Positions 41,493 through 51,977 of a stretch of DNA of 64,000 nucleotides are shown here, in pieces. Position numbers and translations under genes: made by a program. A model generated the notes under the pieces. It worked only from the letters and a program-made list of their open reading frames with translations. It was not told the origin of the DNA and did no database searches. Origin of the DNA: Escherichia phage BAU.Micro_ELP-22. The first letter of the stretch is position 1; every line of letters begins with the position of its first letter. The stretch is taken from sequence record OR699282.2. One strand, written 5' to 3'.

Positions 41493-42025
41493 GAAAAATT
41501 AACATTAATGATTATGATGCATTACAAGATTTATCAAAAAAGATTCGCACTATCGTACCAGTACTGAAGAAATGCAGTACTGGTTTAATCGATCCTAGTA
41601 CTGTTGTTAATGAGAAGTACAATTTTCATTATGTATTACAGGGTACTGGGGCATTCCAGAAGTGTGAGGTGCGTGAGACACACGTAATTGATACATCATT
41701 GTTTTCTATTGGTGCACCTGTGTCGAATAATACTATTTTCCTAGACAACGCTGGAAATATTCAACAATTAACATTTAAGAAAAGGAAAAAGAACAATAAC
41801 ATTGGTGTGTATGCGATGAAGTGGGGTCAACCTGATTTGAAGCGTGAAATTCACATCCCTAAGTACAATTACAATGCATTTGACGAACAGTGTTTTCAAC
41901 TATCGTGTACTGACCCTGACTATGCTATTATTCAGTTCTATATGGAATTGCAGATAGCATTTAACAGTAATTTGTATATTAACTTATTGGCGATGAACAT
42001 CGATGAAGTATTCAAAAACATTTAA
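41489..42025 (+). CDS. F2 paralog, divergent (178 aa)
   Basis: ATGA overlap; DEQCFQLSCTD core variant. Confidence 0.55.
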   Translation: MRKININDYDALQDLSKKIRTIVPVLKKCSTGLIDPSTVVNEKYNFHYVLQGTGAFQKCEVRETHVIDTSLFSIGAPVSNNTIFLDNAGNIQQLTFKKRKKNNNIGVYAMKWGQPDLKREIHIPKYNYNAFDEQCFQLSCTDPDYAIIQFYMELQIAFNSNLYINLLAMNIDEVFKNI

Positions 42026-42221
42026 TCGAATTGAATACATGAGAACTGTGAGTGCAGTGTGGGACATATGGTTCACTACTAAACCAAAAATGGATTACCA
42101 TGACTTTAAGCTCTTGTTCTTCGTTGGCTCTAACAAACAGGATGTTGCAATGAAGGGTTATATTCAGCACTTACAGGAACTAATCCAGAAGAGAATATAT
42201 GAAAATAATAGACCAAAATGA
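42003..42221 (+). CDS. F1-type paralog embedded in F2 array (72 aa)
   Basis: FFVGSNKQDVAMKGYIQHLQELI core. Confidence 0.55.
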   Translation: MKYSKTFNRIEYMRTVSAVWDIWFTTKPKMDYHDFKLLFFVGSNKQDVAMKGYIQHLQELIQKRIYENNRPK

Positions 42222-42390
42222 CATTGCTAAACTATTCAATATATATTCTACTAGAATGATGCAAACAGACTCATATAGTACTGAATTCAAAGAGTTGAAA
42301 GTCCTGATGTACTTGGGAACCCAATATCAGGAACAAGTTATTTTGGAATATATTAATTCGCTGAAGAAGGATATCCGTTATGTACGATGA
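42199..42390 (+). CDS. F1-type paralog embedded in F2 array (63 aa)
   Basis: MYLGTQYQEQVILEYINSL core. Confidence 0.6.
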   Translation: MKIIDQNDIAKLFNIYSTRMMQTDSYSTEFKELKVLMYLGTQYQEQVILEYINSLKKDIRYVR

Positions 42391-42940
42391 TTTAGATCTT
42401 GCGTTTGAACGTATGGTAATTTTAATGCAATGTGCAGAAATGCATGAAACAATCCGTCGCACCAAAGGGATTGAATATACAAGTAAACTATTCTCATACG
42501 AAAGTCGTCGAGGGATGGATCATTTTTACTGCACTGATTGTTCAAAGTTTTCAGTACTGAAATATTATCATCCTACTGTTTCCAATAATAGTTTAATATC
42601 CACATATGACGGTGATCTGTTTAGTGTAATGTATGACACATTACATCCATCAATTTCAATCTATAAAGATTGCGATAGTAGTTTATCGTATATAATTGAA
42701 GATTACTTATCTCCTAATACTGAAGAGAATATTTTTCAGAACAGTGTGTTGTATGATGAATTAAGTATAAAATGCATCTATATGTTCAATAAGTTAAAAG
42801 AGTACGCCGATAATAATTACTTAATTGATAAGTTAGCAGTATTGTCTGTTTCCGTTTTTAATACAAATGACATTGATATGAAATACTATAATGAGATTTG
42901 TAAAGTACATCATATGTATAAGGAACTATTATGTCAATAA
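42380..42940 (+). CDS. F2 paralog (186 aa)
   Basis: EENIFQNSVLYD core. Confidence 0.6.
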   Translation: MYDDLDLAFERMVILMQCAEMHETIRRTKGIEYTSKLFSYESRRGMDHFYCTDCSKFSVLKYYHPTVSNNSLISTYDGDLFSVMYDTLHPSISIYKDCDSSLSYIIEDYLSPNTEENIFQNSVLYDELSIKCIYMFNKLKEYADNNYLIDKLAVLSVSVFNTNDIDMKYYNEICKVHHMYKELLCQ

Positions 42941-43533
42941 ATGCAAATAAATGTTGTAGTGCAGATGTGCATTTGTTTTTTAAGAAATTAGCAAATGATA
43001 TTATATATATGCAGGAAATGATTTATCACAAACGAGCGGATTTAGAAAAAGCATTAGTACAGTTCTCATTTATGCTTGATGGTGATATATTTCTAGAGAG
43101 TGATGCATTGCGAATAGTATTAGACAAAAATGCTAAAAGATTTTTATTTCATATAGATAATAAATTATGTTCCTCCGTATGTCGTACTTTTTATAATCGT
43201 GATTCGGACTTATATCAATTCCTTTATTCTAAAGGTGCAGTAGAAGCATCATATGGTGATGGTTATGCCCTAGGAAAGAGTATTCCATTTATGAAATCAT
43301 TTAAAATAGAACACATCAGTACTGATGAAGATGTAATGTTCACAAATGATATAACTATGGGACGTGAAGATGCAATGCGATATATTACAAATTCTATGCA
43401 TACATTCTTTCAACGAACAGAATTTGATAATGTATATATATCAAATGTAAATATTTTCAATGACCTGTGTCAGTACTTGAAAAGTGTTTGTGATTTTGAT
43501 GAAAGCTATTGTAAGCTATACACTGAGGTATAA
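42931..43533 (+). CDS. hypothetical protein in array (200 aa), core not evident
   Basis: Long ORF; possible degenerate core DVMFTNDIT. Confidence 0.5.
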   Translation: MSINANKCCSADVHLFFKKLANDIIYMQEMIYHKRADLEKALVQFSFMLDGDIFLESDALRIVLDKNAKRFLFHIDNKLCSSVCRTFYNRDSDLYQFLYSKGAVEASYGDGYALGKSIPFMKSFKIEHISTDEDVMFTNDITMGREDAMRYITNSMHTFFQRTEFDNVYISNVNIFNDLCQYLKSVCDFDESYCKLYTEV

Positions 43534-43538
43534 AACCA

Positions 43539-43901
43539 ATGAACACATTAAGTATTACATACTATACAACTAAAAAATTAGTTACTTGTTTAATATCATT
43601 GAAGACAAATCATGATGATATGTTTGATATGGCGGCATATGAATTAGAATTATCAGAAGATGGCTTCAAGAGCTATGAAGTATATAGCTATGTTCGTGAA
43701 GATGTAATTGACACTACACTAATGCAAGAGGATGAGTTATTCCAAGAAAGTTTAGTATGGGATAATAAGTACGATTGTAACTTTGATTTCTTATGTTTAA
43801 TCCAGAAAGAAATGAAAAGAATCTTTGATAATTATCCAGTGAAGAGATTGAGTACTGGACCGGAGCAGTACAGGAGAATTTTATTCCGTTATGAAGACTG
43901 A
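43539..43901 (+). CDS. F2 paralog, ELFQESLV subfamily (120 aa)
   Basis: EDELFQESLVWDNKYDCNFD. Confidence 0.6.
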   Translation: MNTLSITYYTTKKLVTCLISLKTNHDDMFDMAAYELELSEDGFKSYEVYSYVREDVIDTTLMQEDELFQESLVWDNKYDCNFDFLCLIQKEMKRIFDNYPVKRLSTGPEQYRRILFRYED

Positions 43902-44226
43902 ATTAGTGAAAGTAATGTACGCTACTCATATTAAACTACTACTTGTGAAATTTGATTATAATAAAAAACATAATGATTTCTATACTTTAATTCGTGATGA
44001 AAATACATTCTCCTTGCGATGCAACAATATACCGTTGAAGATAAATGATTTTACTTCACTTGACGAGGGTGAATTATTTCAAGAATCATTAGTTTTTAAT
44101 AGTAATATAAAAATTGATATAGAAGTTATTAAAAAATACCAGATTTTATTGAACAAAATTATGAATTGTTATCCATGTGAAATAGGTGGTCATATGCAGT
44201 TCAAATCAAAAATGTATGAATTATGA
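43891..44226 (+). CDS. F2 paralog, ELFQESLV subfamily (111 aa)
   Basis: EGELFQESLVFNSN. Confidence 0.6.
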   Translation: MKTELVKVMYATHIKLLLVKFDYNKKHNDFYTLIRDENTFSLRCNNIPLKINDFTSLDEGELFQESLVFNSNIKIDIEVIKKYQILLNKIMNCYPCEIGGHMQFKSKMYEL

Positions 44227-44233
44227 GGTTTAT

Positions 44234-44770
44234 ATGTTAGATGAAAAAATGAACAATGGAACACAATATAATCATCTTAAGTTAGATACATTCGAATCAG
44301 CTATCAGTACTGCACAAGATATAATTGATATTATCAAGTTCATTAAAGAAAATAAGTTCAAATGTTTGAAAATACTAAATCGTTCAATGTACCGTGATAA
44401 CAATATTCATGTATCAGTACGTAGACCGAAAGATAAAGAAAGTGGGAGAGATTTCTATAACAACAGTGAGCAGTTCGAATGTGAATATGATCCAGAATTC
44501 AGAGGCGGTTTCATGTGTTACAGTATAAAGGATACCTCACACATTGAGATACGTTCATCGAAAGGTGGCATACGTACATTAGAGTTCATTGATATAGTTT
44601 TAAATCAGGAATACTACTTTCAACTATCATTATTGTTTCCTGCATACGATTTAGGAGTTCTATTCATGTATAAGTACTTTTATGAGCACTGGAATGAAGA
44701 CTTCTATCTGGACTTAGAAGATTACCAATTAGTTTGGAAAGAAATGGTAGAACTTCGCAATCCCTCTTGA
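44234..44770 (+). CDS. F2 paralog (178 aa)
   Basis: Track ORF 44186 trimmed to ATG 44234 (SD GAGG); QEYYFQLSLLF core. Confidence 0.6.
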   Translation: MLDEKMNNGTQYNHLKLDTFESAISTAQDIIDIIKFIKENKFKCLKILNRSMYRDNNIHVSVRRPKDKESGRDFYNNSEQFECEYDPEFRGGFMCYSIKDTSHIEIRSSKGGIRTLEFIDIVLNQEYYFQLSLLFPAYDLGVLFMYKYFYEHWNEDFYLDLEDYQLVWKEMVELRNPS

Positions 44771-44819
44771 CACCCACCGATTCTTTGTGATATAATCCCT
44801 TTATATTAATTGTAAAGGG
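44767..44819 (+). promoter_or_regulatory. Internal array promoter with stem-loop
   Basis: TTGACA 44767-44772, 18-bp spacer, TG-n-TATAAT 44791-44796, hairpin CCCTTTA..TAAAGGG 44797-44819. Confidence 0.6.
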
Positions 44820-44829
44820 TTATAACACA

Positions 44830-45306
44830 ATGTCCAAAGACCTATCATTTAGCAATGCACAAAAAATAGCAAAAGACATTATCAGGGTTTATAAATTCCT
44901 TGCGAATGTTACTGAAGATTTTTCCGTGGGGGAACATAAAGTTATTAAACGAAATGGATACCTTTCATTTATGGATGGGTTACTCTATAGTTCAGATGAA
45001 TCAACTTGTAGCATTAGAGTACTTGATGAAGTACCAAGTGGTGATTTTATTTCATACCATTTTCCAAGTTCAGATAATTTCAAATACTACAATCATCTTC
45101 TTATAAATGAAGCATTTAATACGATTGTAATTAACACTGAAGAAGAGTTCTTCCAGTACAGTACTGTGTATCCAGAGAGGATTGTTTTCAGTTCAGTGAT
45201 TTTAACAGCCCTTAAAAATGAACTAAATTCCGATAGTGATCATTTCTACTTGGACCTGAACAATGTCGATTGTATTATTGAGTACCTGGAGAAAAATGGT
45301 TTATGA
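44830..45306 (+). CDS. F2 paralog (158 aa)
   Basis: EEEFFQYSTVYP core. Confidence 0.6.
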   Translation: MSKDLSFSNAQKIAKDIIRVYKFLANVTEDFSVGEHKVIKRNGYLSFMDGLLYSSDESTCSIRVLDEVPSGDFISYHFPSSDNFKYYNHLLINEAFNTIVINTEEEFFQYSTVYPERIVFSSVILTALKNELNSDSDHFYLDLNNVDCIIEYLEKNGL

Positions 45307-45788
45307 TTACTACAGAATATGATTACTATGGTGTTTTAGAATTTACAGAAAATATCTATCGCATTGCAAAGGAGTTCAGAAGTCCTAAGCCTTTTGGTGG
45401 AATGCCTTTTGGTGGTATGTTTCAATACGATGAGTTCAGTTCATCTAAAGGAAGACTAGCATTTACTAATGGTAGAGGTAATCAAATCTACGCGGAGTAC
45501 TTTGATGATAATGACTTTCATTACAAAGCCGAATACATTTCATATTGCCCTGGGTCTGATTTGAAGATTAATATTGATACATTTAGAGAAGCAGTATTTG
45601 TTCCGTATAATGATTTAGTCTTCATGTCAGAGGAAATGTACTTTCAGGGTTCTTGTATTCATGATGTAAAAGTACTTAATGCTATGTTATTTTATGGTGC
45701 ACTACTTAATCATTACAAATACAATCAACGATTCTTTTTAGATTTAGCAGTCTACTATAAATGCGTGGATTATTTGAATGCAAAATAA
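45303..45788 (+). CDS. F2 paralog (161 aa)
   Basis: ATGA overlap; EEMYFQGSCIHD core. Confidence 0.6.
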   Translation: MITTEYDYYGVLEFTENIYRIAKEFRSPKPFGGMPFGGMFQYDEFSSSKGRLAFTNGRGNQIYAEYFDDNDFHYKAEYISYCPGSDLKINIDTFREAVFVPYNDLVFMSEEMYFQGSCIHDVKVLNAMLFYGALLNHYKYNQRFFLDLAVYYKCVDYLNAK

Positions 45789-46140
45789 GAAAACAATTCA
45801 GTACATGACGGATGGCAATGAATGCTTTGCTTCAAGATATGAATTCAACAAGAACCATTTCGTAACCTATATCCCTGAATATAATCAGTTTTATCTACAG
45901 ATTTACCAAAATGATTCATATATGAATGAGATATATTCTGAAATAAAAATCCTGGATTATAGTACTTTATCAGAAGAGGAATTGTTTCAGCAGAGCACTA
46001 TCAGTACTGAAGATGTGTATGAAATAATGGAATACCAGAAGGTACTTAAATATTTCCATGAAGTTCAGGATATACAAATGGATAGTGTTAAAGCGTGGAA
46101 TTATAACACATACGAGGTAAATTATGTTCGAAATGATTAA
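45778..46140 (+). CDS. F2 paralog (120 aa)
   Basis: EEELFQQSTIS core. Confidence 0.6.
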   Translation: MQNKKTIQYMTDGNECFASRYEFNKNHFVTYIPEYNQFYLQIYQNDSYMNEIYSEIKILDYSTLSEEELFQQSTISTEDVYEIMEYQKVLKYFHEVQDIQMDSVKAWNYNTYEVNYVRND

Positions 46141-46537
46141 AATTATGCAACGATGTATTGTAGACCAACACGGGATATATGGATATAGTTTAAGTGCTCC
46201 TATTGACAAAAATAAAACAACCTATGTAAGCTATAATGCTGTACAAGGATTTGATATATTCATTGATGCCAACAATAAAATCAAACAAGCTAAGGATGTG
46301 TCTATAATGACCCCTGACGAGCTATTTCAGTACAGCTTAGTTCTGCCTACCTGTATTGATTTACAACGTCTAGGAGCTATACAGAAGGTTTTACGCGAAC
46401 ATAAAGTACAACCCAATAAAGTCACACACATTCCAGAAACAATCTTCAAAACCATAGAAGTAGAAACTCCTGATTATATGTTAAGTGATGATGAGTACTA
46501 CGAGAAACACTTCCCTGGTAAAGTTTGGAGAGACTAA
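46124..46537 (+). CDS. F2 paralog (137 aa)
   Basis: PDELFQYSLVLP core. Confidence 0.6.
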   Translation: MFEMIKIMQRCIVDQHGIYGYSLSAPIDKNKTTYVSYNAVQGFDIFIDANNKIKQAKDVSIMTPDELFQYSLVLPTCIDLQRLGAIQKVLREHKVQPNKVTHIPETIFKTIEVETPDYMLSDDEYYEKHFPGKVWRD

Positions 46538-47019
46538 TGAACCGAAAGTACAGAGAAACTATGAAGTTCGCTAAGGAGTGTTTAGAGACAGTTGATTTCA
46601 TTTTCGATAACAAAGACTCACTGGGTCATCACTTCGTAATTACAAAGAAAGAAGATAAGAGATACAAGTGTGAAAGATTAGGATACAGTATTGAGTTCTC
46701 CTTAATGATTGATGGAATGATAAACTCCTTATATGAATGTGGTAAGACTGATTACCTTTCATTTAGATCATGGAGTGAAGGTATCATGTTCTTGAGAACA
46801 AATGGAGTTTTATATCCGTTTCTTGATGATTTATCAGAAGAAAGTTACTTTCAAAATAGTTTAATTTACACAGAAAAAGAACTCAAGATGCTATTCATTA
46901 TGTCGTACTTTAAAAAGTACTGCAATTTTAAATCATTATCTTTTGAGATCTCTGCAATGAAAGTATTCATTAAAAATGTAAAAGAATTAAAGAGGATTTA
47001 CGATGTACATAGAAAATGA
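46525..47019 (+). CDS. F2 paralog (164 aa)
   Basis: EESYFQNSLIY core. Confidence 0.6.
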   Translation: MERLMNRKYRETMKFAKECLETVDFIFDNKDSLGHHFVITKKEDKRYKCERLGYSIEFSLMIDGMINSLYECGKTDYLSFRSWSEGIMFLRTNGVLYPFLDDLSEESYFQNSLIYTEKELKMLFIMSYFKKYCNFKSLSFEISAMKVFIKNVKELKRIYDVHRK

Positions 47020-47545
47020 TAATGTAAAATGCATTGCCGACATTTGTATAAAATTAATGAAAATTTTCATTAACCCAAAATACAAGACTCGTTCTTTACG
47101 TCATAATATTGATGAGCATTGTACCATTAATATACTAGGTAGTATTCTTGATGTAAAATATGATGGTAAAATGTTATTCGGTATAAGAGAAGAGAAGATA
47201 GATGATGCATTCTTTTCTTCTAAAGATAAATTTGAACCTTCTGATTATAAAGTGATTATTCGTGATGATAGCATCTATATTAGTAGTGATTATTCAAATT
47301 ACTTCGATAAAATATACACTGAAAACGTTGACTACCATTATGAAATGATTGATTTACCAGTAACAGACATTGATATGGAGAGAATCAAATTTTCATTATC
47401 AGATAATGAGTACTTAGGTATACAAACATATTATTCACTACAAGGAAAGATTCCACCTGCTATGTATATAAGGATTGAGATTGGTAATGTATTCAATGAT
47501 AAGGTTATATCAATTGCTGATAAAATATTGAGGGTTGAATTATGA
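47003..47545 (+). CDS. hypothetical protein in array (180 aa), core not evident
   Basis: Long ORF, ATGA coupling to next gene. Confidence 0.5.
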   Translation: MYIENDNVKCIADICIKLMKIFINPKYKTRSLRHNIDEHCTINILGSILDVKYDGKMLFGIREEKIDDAFFSSKDKFEPSDYKVIIRDDSIYISSDYSNYFDKIYTENVDYHYEMIDLPVTDIDMERIKFSLSDNEYLGIQTYYSLQGKIPPAMYIRIEIGNVFNDKVISIADKILRVEL

Positions 47546-48105
47546 ATATCAATGATTACCAATTTCATAGGCTTGAATTTCGTCATTGTGTTGCATTTGC
47601 AAAAACATTGATGTGCATCATTGACACTCTTTCATCCAAACAATTTCGTAAGGATAATGATTTATTTCTGAAAAAAGGTCGTGTAACATCATCCGATATC
47701 AGTGTTGAACTATTTGTTGATATCAGTGTTGATACCGGAGACAGTACAAGGGTTGGTTGTATAGGTCATATTGGTACACATTGCTTCACATGGAATCCAA
47801 ATACAAGTCAAGTACGAATTGATTATAGAAATTCACGTTGGGTTGATCTTAGTACTGAATCCGATTTAGAATCAGCTATGTTCCAGCTAAGTTTAATTCA
47901 CAATCCTAATGAACTTCTTTACATTATTACTTTCAGTTATCTGTTACAAAACTACGATAATCCATCAGGGTTTTTCATAGAATCGGATATAGAAGAAATT
48001 ATGGAAGAGTTTCCTAGTTTAAAGGATATTCTGGAAGAAAAAGATTTCTATGAAGACTTCAGAGATTTATACGACATGCACTTGGAGTTATTTAAGAATG
48101 GATAA
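47542..48105 (+). CDS. F2 paralog (187 aa)
   Basis: ATGA overlap; LESAMFQLSLIHN core. Confidence 0.6.
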   Translation: MNINDYQFHRLEFRHCVAFAKTLMCIIDTLSSKQFRKDNDLFLKKGRVTSSDISVELFVDISVDTGDSTRVGCIGHIGTHCFTWNPNTSQVRIDYRNSRWVDLSTESDLESAMFQLSLIHNPNELLYIITFSYLLQNYDNPSGFFIESDIEEIMEEFPSLKDILEEKDFYEDFRDLYDMHLELFKNG

Positions 48106-48616
48106 AGATGATATTCTAATTAGACTAATTAAGAGTTTAATAAAGTTCTCAAATAATGATGTCGATACATACAAAGTAGGGGATATTGAATTCAAATCAT
48201 TTGGTATGTACGGTGAGGACAAAACATATTATGCGTCAATGAAAATTCAAGATTTTCACGAGATGTTAATATCGTTATCATATGAAGATGTTGATCCAAG
48301 ATGGAGTTCCAGTATTTCACTATCGAGAATGGTAATTCGTAGTAAGCATCGTTACATTTCGTCAAAGAATACTCCTAACTTGATTAATATTGTGTTGAAT
48401 GAAAATACCAATCCTATATCTAAACTTGATATCGTACCGTTAACCGATGAAGTACTTTTTCAATTGAGTACCATTTGTGATGAAGATGTGATATCATGTA
48501 TGAAAATTTATGAGACGGTTGGGAGTGATATTCCCATGAACTATTACCTAACGATAGATGGAACATACCTCAGAGATGAAGCTCTAGCGTACATTGACAG
48601 TGTTTTACCAAAATAA
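48098..48616 (+). CDS. F2 paralog (172 aa)
   Basis: Track ORF 48050 trimmed to ATG 48098 (overlaps upstream stop); DEVLFQLSTICD core. Confidence 0.55.
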   Translation: MDKDDILIRLIKSLIKFSNNDVDTYKVGDIEFKSFGMYGEDKTYYASMKIQDFHEMLISLSYEDVDPRWSSSISLSRMVIRSKHRYISSKNTPNLINIVLNENTNPISKLDIVPLTDEVLFQLSTICDEDVISCMKIYETVGSDIPMNYYLTIDGTYLRDEALAYIDSVLPK

Positions 48617-48640
48617 AGACCCTTATTGGGTCTTTTTGTG
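48617..48640 (+). terminator. Rho-independent terminator inside array
   Basis: AGACCC-TTATT-GGGTCT then TTTTTGTGTTT. Confidence 0.75.
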
Positions 48641-48648
48641 TTTACGTC

Positions 48649-48677
48649 TTTACAGTAGCATTCAGATGTGTTATAAT
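48649..48677 (+). promoter_or_regulatory. Promoter with extended -10
   Basis: TG-T-TATAAT 48669-48677; weak -35 TTACAG; precedes gene 48705. Confidence 0.5.
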
Positions 48678-48704
48678 CGCTTTTAATAGAGTACAGGAGA
48701 AGAT

Positions 48705-49271
48705 ATGAGTACTGAATTAATTAAAGAAGTTACCTTACTTCTGAAGCATTGTTTTAAGTTCATTCCTGATACTGGTTCACGCCAGTACATTAAAGTTAAT
48801 GAGAAATATAACATCAATATCCTTGTATCTGAAACTGCGAGCAGTTATGCTAACATTGAGTTGGATTCTGAAGAAAAATATACAGTATTACAAATCATAG
48901 CAGATGTACAACGTAAACAAGATTATCGTTCTTCATTTTACAACGATTATCTGTGTGTTTGCTCAAACTTCAGTGAGAATAAAATTGTGTATAAGAATTT
49001 ATACACACATGAAGTGATTGATACATATAATTATAAAATTTCATCTGATGAATACAATGTGCTAATGTTCAACGCAAACCTTTTGTATGATGCCAGTACT
49101 GTACGCTGTTTAGAGTTAGCATATAAAATTCCAAAGATCATGGAAAGAAAAGATTTGATTCACTTTAAAACTATTTTAAAATACAGTACAAAAGAATTAG
49201 AGGATTTAGTACAGGCTCTTAAGAATTTCATTAATGAACATGTACCTGTTAAATTCGAGGATGCACAATGA
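48705..49271 (+). CDS. F2-like paralog (188 aa)
   Basis: SD AGGAGA; variant core VLMFNANLLYD. Confidence 0.55.
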   Translation: MSTELIKEVTLLLKHCFKFIPDTGSRQYIKVNEKYNINILVSETASSYANIELDSEEKYTVLQIIADVQRKQDYRSSFYNDYLCVCSNFSENKIVYKNLYTHEVIDTYNYKISSDEYNVLMFNANLLYDASTVRCLELAYKIPKIMERKDLIHFKTILKYSTKELEDLVQALKNFINEHVPVKFEDAQ

Positions 49272-49852
49272 ACCATATCAGAACTAAAATTTTGAGACTC
49301 ATGCATGACATTGCAGAACTTTCAGAGATTCATGACATTACAGAAATTGTTGAATTTGATGATTATCGACTGAAAATTGAAAACAAATCCAAACATCGTT
49401 TTGGATCAGTTCAGTTGGATGTATATAAAACTTATGAATTTTCTAAAAAAATTAAAAGTTCATGGGATACGATTACTATGTACATTCGCACATCCAGAAA
49501 TCGTGAACGTATTGGTTCTATTTCTTCTAATATGGTATTTGCGAATGCATTACATGAAAAAATGAATAAAATTGTAGAATCTGATTTCAGTGAAGATGAT
49601 GGTTTTATTGGGTTGGATGTTCCACCAGAATTAGACCAAAGTGAAGATATTCGAGATGCATTCATTTTCCAGAAATCATTGTTGGACAATTACAAAGAAT
49701 TCGAGTACTTAATGCTTTGTTACGATACTGCAAAAGTTCTTGATTGTGGTGAACTAGTTATGTACAATGATTTTATCAATTACAAGACTGATGTTCTGAA
49801 TACACTACTTCAAAATATAGAATCGGTTAAGGAAAAATATGAACGCTTATAG
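49268..49852 (+). CDS. F2 paralog (194 aa)
   Basis: ATGA overlap; DAFIFQKSLLDN core. Confidence 0.6.
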   Translation: MNHIRTKILRLMHDIAELSEIHDITEIVEFDDYRLKIENKSKHRFGSVQLDVYKTYEFSKKIKSSWDTITMYIRTSRNRERIGSISSNMVFANALHEKMNKIVESDFSEDDGFIGLDVPPELDQSEDIRDAFIFQKSLLDNYKEFEYLMLCYDTAKVLDCGELVMYNDFINYKTDVLNTLLQNIESVKEKYERL

Positions 49853-50417
49853 TTATATGACAGAACGCCATCAGTTATTATATGATATCAGTACAAAAAT
49901 GTTATCAATTGTTAGTAGTGCAAAAGAAATTGAAAAACAATACCTCATCCGTGATGTAGCAATTTCATCTAAATGTTGGTCCAATGAATATTACGATCAC
50001 GGTATTCTTACTATTTCTGGGGCTAGAAATATTTGTATTGTAAAAAATAAAAATAAAAGTAATGAAGAGTGTGAGATTATAACCGATATACAAATTAAGG
50101 ATGATGGAAGTTTTTCACACCACCCATTCCATATTAGTACTATTGGTGTTTTATATAATATTAAAGTACTATTCGGTGATGAAGAGTATGTGTTAAAATC
50201 TATCAATCCAGAATCAAGTACAGTTGAAGAAGAACTGTTCCAGATGAGCACTGTTATACCTGAAGAGGTTCTTAGTACTGTTATTTTTTGTAGTTTAATT
50301 TATCATGAATACAAAAAGTACCAGTTCGATTTCCACATGTTAGGAACATACATCTTCAATAATTTGAATGTAGATCGTTTAACAGCATTAAATGCAGCAA
50401 TGGATAAGGTGCTATAA
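49839..50417 (+). CDS. F2 paralog (192 aa)
   Basis: EEELFQMSTVIP core. Confidence 0.6.
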   Translation: MNAYSYMTERHQLLYDISTKMLSIVSSAKEIEKQYLIRDVAISSKCWSNEYYDHGILTISGARNICIVKNKNKSNEECEIITDIQIKDDGSFSHHPFHISTIGVLYNIKVLFGDEEYVLKSINPESSTVEEELFQMSTVIPEEVLSTVIFCSLIYHEYKKYQFDFHMLGTYIFNNLNVDRLTALNAAMDKVL

Positions 50418-50845
50418 TGACAAGAGATGATTGTTTGTACATATGGGATATAATTGAAACTACACTTTCAAATCCAGAAAATTATAAAACAAAAAAAAGA
50501 CAACGACACAAAATATGGATAGATTTGTTCGTTGAGGGCATACACGCAGTGACTATTTGGGATTCACCGAGGGCATCATCATCTACTCTGTTGGACAATG
50601 AATGCATTGATTGCATTAATTCCACTTTTCATCTCCACGGTACTACAATTTTTGGTACATTTCTGGATATTGAAAGTAAAGATGATATTGATTCACTTGC
50701 GTTACAATACCAAGTACTATATAATACTAAATTAATTTACGATTTAGTACTAGCTTCTTATGTGTATAAATTAATGATGAAATATAATCATATTTCTGTT
50801 TCAGTTTATACTAAGGATATTCTTTCATTAAGAGACAAAACATGA
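50417..50845 (+). CDS. F2-like paralog, divergent (142 aa)
   Basis: Variant core SLALQYQVLYN. Confidence 0.5.
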   Translation: MTRDDCLYIWDIIETTLSNPENYKTKKRQRHKIWIDLFVEGIHAVTIWDSPRASSSTLLDNECIDCINSTFHLHGTTIFGTFLDIESKDDIDSLALQYQVLYNTKLIYDLVLASYVYKLMMKYNHISVSVYTKDILSLRDKT

Positions 50846-51351
50846 GTTTATTAAATGCACGCGAATTGGTTGAGATGTATGAGATTTTGTCTTCATATAA
50901 AAATTCTCCAAAAGATGTAATTCTAAACAAAAAGTTCCATGTCAGTGTTGAACATATAACAAATATAGATATGATTTCTTTGGTGGAAAGTAATAAGTCA
51001 GGTCTGGAGCGTGATATCATGCGTTTGATTTATATTCCTAAACCATCATATACTAATGATAGTACTATTAGCAATGAGACATTCATGTATAGTCCTGGTA
51101 CGGATTCTACTATAGTATCGCTGTCCAATAAATCAATGGATACTTTCCAATTCATCTATACCAGTACTGATAACATTGAAGAAATTGAATTTCAAAACAA
51201 TACATTAAGTCCATGTAGTAGTGTTATAACCTTTATGTCATATCTATGGTCAACTAAAACAAGTGCTGTTGTATATAGTTCAAATTATACACAAGATAGT
51301 ATTGTTGAATCATATAAAGTTCTAAAGGAATACTATGAAAATAACAAATGA
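50842..51351 (+). CDS. hypothetical protein in array (169 aa)
   Basis: ATGA overlap; weak variant MDTFQFIYTSTD. Confidence 0.5.
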   Translation: MSLLNARELVEMYEILSSYKNSPKDVILNKKFHVSVEHITNIDMISLVESNKSGLERDIMRLIYIPKPSYTNDSTISNETFMYSPGTDSTIVSLSNKSMDTFQFIYTSTDNIEEIEFQNNTLSPCSSVITFMSYLWSTKTSAVVYSSNYTQDSIVESYKVLKEYYENNK

Positions 51352-51916
51352 TTTTATTAAAAGTGTAGTACACCCTATGCTTAGTATTATGAAAAAAATA
51401 CAGAATCTACCGGAAGATAACGATTACAAGTTTAATCGTTTTGATTCAGATGTGTTTTGTATTGAAATTGAAATTAATAACAATCGTAATTTACATTTAA
51501 AATTCAAAGAATCTTCGAGTCCGTACTACAACTTTGATATGAATTTTAAAATAGATACTGACATTGAAGAAAACGTAATATCAAATCATACTAGCAAAAA
51601 TGGTTTTATGCATAGAACTACTATGTACAATAATAAAAATAGTATTATATCTAAATGGAATCAACAATTCACTAAAATTTGTGAAATTGAATATAATGAT
51701 TTTGGTGAAGAACATTACTTTCAGTTAAGTACAATTCATGAACTTCCACCATATGATTATGTTAAAACATGGTTTGATATTCATAATATAATTGATGATG
51801 CAATCAAACTTCCATTTGGTGTGTCAATATCATATACTGCTCCTAAAACATTTGTTTTTACTGAAGATATGATTATGAAAAAGATATGGGCAATCATCCC
51901 ACTTATGATGGATTAA
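51335..51916 (+). CDS. F2 paralog (193 aa)
   Basis: EEHYFQLSTIHE core. Confidence 0.6.
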   Translation: MKITNDFIKSVVHPMLSIMKKIQNLPEDNDYKFNRFDSDVFCIEIEINNNRNLHLKFKESSSPYYNFDMNFKIDTDIEENVISNHTSKNGFMHRTTMYNNKNSIISKWNQQFTKICEIEYNDFGEEHYFQLSTIHELPPYDYVKTWFDIHNIIDDAIKLPFGVSISYTAPKTFVFTEDMIMKKIWAIIPLMMD

Positions 51917-51921
51917 ATTTG

Positions 51922-51947
51922 TACCAGGGGTTGACTCTGGTTTTTTT
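51922..51947 (+). terminator. Possible terminator (short stem, long T-run)
   Basis: ACCAGG..CTGGT then TTTTTTT; overlaps candidate -35 TTGACT. Confidence 0.4.
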
Positions 51948-51977
51948 GTATGATACATTGTTCTCAAGGAGAATTTT

